64,000 nt of DNA from Macrostomum hystrix. Lineage: Eukaryota; Animalia; Platyhelminthes. The notes under the pieces were generated by a model, which did no database searches, was not told where the DNA came from, and saw nothing but the letters and a program-made list of their open reading frames with translations. The DNA is taken from contig CATNEN010000038.1 in NCBI GenBank assembly GCA_950097015.1, positions 11,408,001 through 11,472,000 of the forward strand. Direction: 5' to 3'. How positions within the stretch are numbered: position 1 is the first letter of the stretch; every line of letters begins with the position of its first letter. Both the position numbers and the translations under genes were made by a program. This document shows, piece after piece, positions 59,280 through 64,000 of this stretch.

Positions 59280-62200
59280 TCGGCCACACTGGGATCACCT
59301 GCCTGCAGGTTAACCTGCAACACTGCATAGCTGCATCCGTCAATCTGATGCACTATGTCGAGCTCAACATGCCGGGTCTCATCCTCGTCCAGGAGCCGTG
59401 GACTCATAAAGGTAAGCCTCAAAATGTACCCAATGGGTATCACTGCCTCTACAACAGCCGTCACTGGGAGAACCAAACTCCCAGGGCGTGCATCCTCGTG
59501 AGAGACTCCCTCAACGCCGTGCACAGACCCGACCTTTCTGATCGGGACACCTGTGTCATCCAGACGGAGAACATCCTCCCAGGAAAAACCGTCTTAATCG
59601 CCTCGGTTTACTTACCGGGCGACAGGCCGGCAGTCCCTGAGGAGCTGATCTCTCTGATTGAAACCTGCGCTGCCAAAAACTATGAGCTCATAGTGGCTGG
59701 CGATATTAACGCCCACCACAGCCACTGGGGGAGCTCTGACATTAACTCGAGAGGCGAGGACCTCCTTGCCTACATCTTAACCACGTCCCTGGAGTTCTGC
59801 AACACAGGGAGCACCCTGACCTTTGACAATGGCCGGTGGTCTGAGGTCATCGACGCCACTCTAGCCACACCTGGGCTTTACCAGAGCCTTAGGGAGTGGC
59901 AGGTTCTGCCGGAGACCTCCCTCTCCGATCACAAATACATCTCTTTCCAACTGGCGGGTGCACGCTGCACTAACCAGATCACTTGGAAAAGGAACGCTAG
60001 GAATACCGATTGGGAAGCCTTCAGGCATAACCTCGAAGGAACCCAACGAAACCTAAGCCCCCCGCCAACACCTGCGATGAAGCGGATGAGCTAGCTGAGT
60101 TTCTCACCAACTCGCTGACCACCGCCTTCGAGGCCTCCTGCCCCCTCAAAGCTTACAGAGGCAAAACTTCGGCCCCATGGTGGAATCCGCAGCTCGGCGA
60201 GCTCCGTCGAACGGCGAAGCGGCTGCACCGCAGGGCCACGAAGACAAAAAACCCGGCTGATCAGGCTGCGTATCTCGAAGCCATCCATAGCTTCAAGAAG
60301 GAAGTCAGAAACGCCAAAAACAGCAAGTGGCGGCAATACTGTGAGGAGCTTGAGGGCACTCGCCCCACCTCCAGAATTGTCAAAGCCCTCACGCTGGACA
60401 AAATGTCCAAGCTTTCGACGGTGAGGAAGGCCGATGGCCGACCCACCGAGAACCCTGGGGAAACGCTCGACACTATGCTCACAGCCTTTTTCCCCAGCGT
60501 GCCAGCAGGGACAGACCCCCCGGATCACACCGAGGGAGGTCATATCCTTGCGACGTCCATCATTACTGAAGACCGGGTTACCAAGGCAGCCCAGTCTTTC
60601 AAACCCTTCAAATCCCCGGGGCCGGACGGCATTATACCAGCCTTCATCCGTGAGGCGGTAAAATGCCATGGCTTCCTCACAAATCTTTGCAAGCTCCTTA
60701 AGGCTTGCATTGTGCTTGGGTATGTTCCGAAGGCATGGACCAAGGCGAGGGTGGTTTTTTTATCCCCAAGCCAGGCCGCCCGGACTACCATTCCATTAAA
60801 TCGTTTCGGCCAATTAGCCTTACCTCCACCATGGTCAAACTGATGGAGAGATTGGTGCTCTGGCGCCTCCTCTCTGTGGAGCTGAAAAATATGCCACTAA
60901 GCGGCAATCAACACGCCTTTCGGTCGGGACGTTCCACCGAAAGCGCTCTCCACGCTCTGGTGGACGCTCTGGAAAAGGCCGTCCTCGGGAACGGCTTTGC
61001 CCTGAGCATCTTCCTGGATATTGATGGGGCCTTCGACAACGTTCTCTTCGAGGCGTTTGACAGGGCCCTACGTATGCGGCACACGCATTCGCATCTTAGG
61101 AGGTGGATCATGTACATGGTCCGCCACCGCACTGCTACGGCACACCTTCTTGGACACCAGTGGACGGTCACTGTCTGCAAAGGTTGCCCACAAGGCGGCG
61201 TCCTCTCACCAGTTCTCTGGAACATGTTTATCGACGAGCTCTTACGAGACTCTCAGCCAGACCCCATCCTAAAGGTCGGCTATGCGGATGATGTTACGGC
61301 AGTGGCATCTGGCCCGGTACCAGAGGCCCTCCGAGACCTTCTGCAAAACTTTATCAACAACGCCGAAAGATGGGCAACTCGCTGCGGTCTGAAGCTCTCC
61401 GAGTCAAAGACAGCGGCGATCATGTTCACCAGCAAAAACAAATGGCATATTCGCTCCCTGCAGCTGTATGGAAAGGACATCACCTTCCAGAAGCAAACTA
61501 AATGCCTGGGCATAACGCTCGATCACAGGCTCAGCTGGACTCCTCATGTCCATGCCAAAGCCAAAAAAGCCTTTGCGATCCTGGCGCAGCTGCGCAGGGC
61601 GGTGGGCAACACGTGGGGTCTCACCCCCAAACGCCTATGGTGGATCTACACTGCTATGGTCAGGCCGGCTGTCTCGTACGCCGGACTGATCTGGGCTAGT
61701 GCCCTTCAGCTTAAGACCTGCCATGAGACTCTTCGGAGAGTGCAAGGTCGCGCATGTCGGACGATCATGAGCGCCCCGCCATCCGCCCCCTTCGATGGCC
61801 TCAACGCCTTCTTGAACATCCTCCCGCTCGATATCTTTATCCGCGGGGAGGCGGCAAAAACCGCCCGGCGTCTCCTTGATGCCGGTGTGCGCTTCGTCCC
61901 CCAACGAGCGGCAGCGAAGCGAAAGCTCCTGCCGCACACGGACCTTTGCCTGAGAGACTTGGGTGCGAGCAACGGAATCAATGTCCTTACGGACGGTGAA
62001 CCGTGCTCGCTCAACCTCCTTCAGCGCTTTAAGGTTCTCATCCCCACCAGGAACCAAGTTAGCGACCACTGGAACACCCAGGAGGTCCACTGCTACACGG
62101 ACGGATCCATGAAGGATGGCTCCGCTGGCTTCGGGGTCTGTATCCTTATCAACGGACGTGTTGTCGCCACACACGCCCAACACACTGGAAAATCCTCGAG

Positions 62201-62978
62201 CGTTTTCCAGAACGAGGTCCTGGCCATCAGCTCCTGCGCTGCGGAGTTGAATGAGAAAAACATCTCAGGCAGGACTATCATCTTTCACTCGGACAGTCAG
62301 GCTGCTCTGCAAGCCCTCTGTCACACCACCACAACCTCCCGGACAGTCTCCGACTGTGTCCGGCAGCTCAATAACCTGGCCGGTAAGAATACCGTCAGAC
62401 TTCAGTGGATACCAGGGCACGCCGGTTTCCCTGGTAACGAGCTTGCTGACCACCTGGCCAAGCAGGGAGGAGCCAGCTCTGCGCCGGGCCCCTCCCCCCC
62501 GGCTCCGATTCCGAGCACCGTCATTTATCGTCAGATTAATGATTGGACCGCCAACCTCCATCTTACCCGGTGGAGAAGCACCACTAACTGCCGCCAATCC
62601 AAAGCGGCAGTTCCAGTGCCATCCGCTCGGCTCCGGAAGGTCCTTCTGAACCAGACCCGGAAGGACATCCGGGCCCTCACCATGACCCTCACGGGCCATG
62701 GCTGCTACGCCAGACACTGTTTCCTCCGTGGAGACCTCCGGAGTGAGCTGTGCCCTTTCTGCAACCTTGAGGACGAGGATGCCCTGCACTTCGTCTGCCA
62801 CTGCCCTTTCTTCACCAGAGAGAGGCTCAATCACCTCGGACCAAACCCATCAATGGACGATGTTTGCAGATCCGAGAACATCCCGCGGCTCGTCCGGTTC
62901 CTAAGGGCTACCAGACGAGCCTCTTTCTTCCCCAGCGAGGAACAAGCTGCAGGAAGGACCGAACACGGACCTCCCTGA
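59276..62978 (+). pseudogene. Retrotransposon ORF2 (APE endonuclease, reverse transcriptase, RNase H, CCHC), split by two frameshifts
   Basis: QVNLQH, LVQEPW, GDINAHH..WGS, SDH (APE); PWWN, KSPGPDGI, FIPKPG..FRPISLTS, LDIDGAFD, GCPQGGVLSP, YADD (RT); YTDGS, SDSQAAL, WIPGHAG..GNELAD (RNase H); CPFC..H..CHC. Frame breaks at the C6 run ~60058-60063 and the T7 run ~60755-60761. Confidence 0.9.
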
Positions 62979-64000
62979 CTGGCCCCGCGCCATCGGCCGA
63001 TTGCGGGTCTTTCAGGGATTAGCGGAATGGGCGACTCCCGCCTCCCCGCTGCGTCCGTCGGACCGCCCTGCAGATAAGTCAAGTCAAGACCTTTTTACTT
63101 TTTAGATATCATATAAGTAAAAATTGGACAGAATTCATTGAAACTGTGACCCAGGAAATCAAGAGGAATTCTATATTATAGAGGGCCTATATAATTTGCT
63201 AGAGTCTGTGACTAAACCTAGACTACAATTAAAGGGTAAGCCTAGGAAATGTATAGGCCTATATGATCTACTAGATTATGGCTAACCAAATAAAGCTAGC
63301 TGATACAAACTTCAGGTGCTTGTTTTTCTTTTATAAAACCATAAATGCTGCTAGCTAGCCTATGGCTAGACAACTTAACTAATTTGTTATTGCAATCGCA
63401 GGAACATAAATTCAACAAAAAATGTGTAAACTGTGTACTTTAGTTTACAATCGACATGACATACATGATTTGTACATCAAAATATAATTAGGGTCATTGT
63501 TTAATTCTGCGCACTGATACTATGTTTACCCTAAATATAGTACAAATAAATTAAATAGTATAGTATATAGTTATACAGTTAAAGTTAAAGTATATTTTTG
63601 TTTGGCCTAAAAATGTCTTGCGCGACCCACATTGATTTTTCGCAAGTATAATTAAAATTTTCACTGACTGGTACTGAATAGAAAGTAGAATAACTAATGC
63701 GCCTCACAAATTATCCTGATTGGCCGATCTAGAAAATATACGAGTAGGCCTACTATCTGTGATTCTGGGTATAGCTCAAGCATAGCAAGCAGAATGAATT
63801 AAATGCCAGCATATTTCCAAGAAATCAGGTTTGTTTTCTTCGTGTTTTTTAGCAATATCAAAGAGTTTCTATATATTGTTAAATAGTTGAAGTAAGGTCT
63901 AAGTAGAATTAACGATGTCTCATGATTGTTTAACCCCTTTTATGCAGCTAGGCCTATTTTATTATACTTAATAGTTAACAAACAGAAAGAATCCGGCGTG

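Larger units (their letters stand above)
56570..63087 (+). mobile_element. Full-length non-LTR retrotransposon, LOA-like (APE-RT-RNase H-CCHC)
   Basis: Flanked by 12-bp TSD GACCTTTTTACT (56558-56569 and 63088-63099); 3' tail AAGTCAAGTCAA; two ORFs; GC-rich island within AT-rich DNA. Confidence 0.93.

Noticed and set aside
56513-63082. Antisense and alternate-frame ORFs over the retrotransposon, and + strand ORFs over SZT2 exons
   Set aside because: Shadow ORFs of GC-rich coding sequence with no recognisable motifs.

Overview
Eukaryotic (metazoan) genomic DNA. GC-rich exons with poly-Gln/Ala tracts sit between AT-richer spacers packed with minisatellites, which resembles a free-living flatworm such as Macrostomum (inference only). 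I reconstructed five spliced genes by hand: a secreted/membrane PAN + ALK/LTK-type glycine-rich protein (-, runs off the left edge); an aerolysin/ETX-MTX2-type pore-forming-toxin-like gene (+); a complete 24-exon SZT2 (KICSTOR scaffold, ~4,300 aa, -); mitochondrial ribosomal protein S12 (-); and a TBC1D22-like RabGAP (-, 5' exon unresolved). The window also holds a full-length 6.5-kb LOA-like non-LTR retrotransposon with a 12-bp TSD, seven 96-97-bp 5' monomers and two homopolymer frameshifts, and three intronic copies of a tRNA-headed SINE-like repeat. The most striking architecture is that almost every intron above minimal size is filled by its own tandem repeat. Several arrays begin exactly at the splice donor, many units carry sense-strand AG|GT, donor or branch-point motifs, some end in an inverted copy, and one satellite occurs in introns of two different genes. 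Nearly all long ORFs in the supplied track that lie over these arrays are artefacts.
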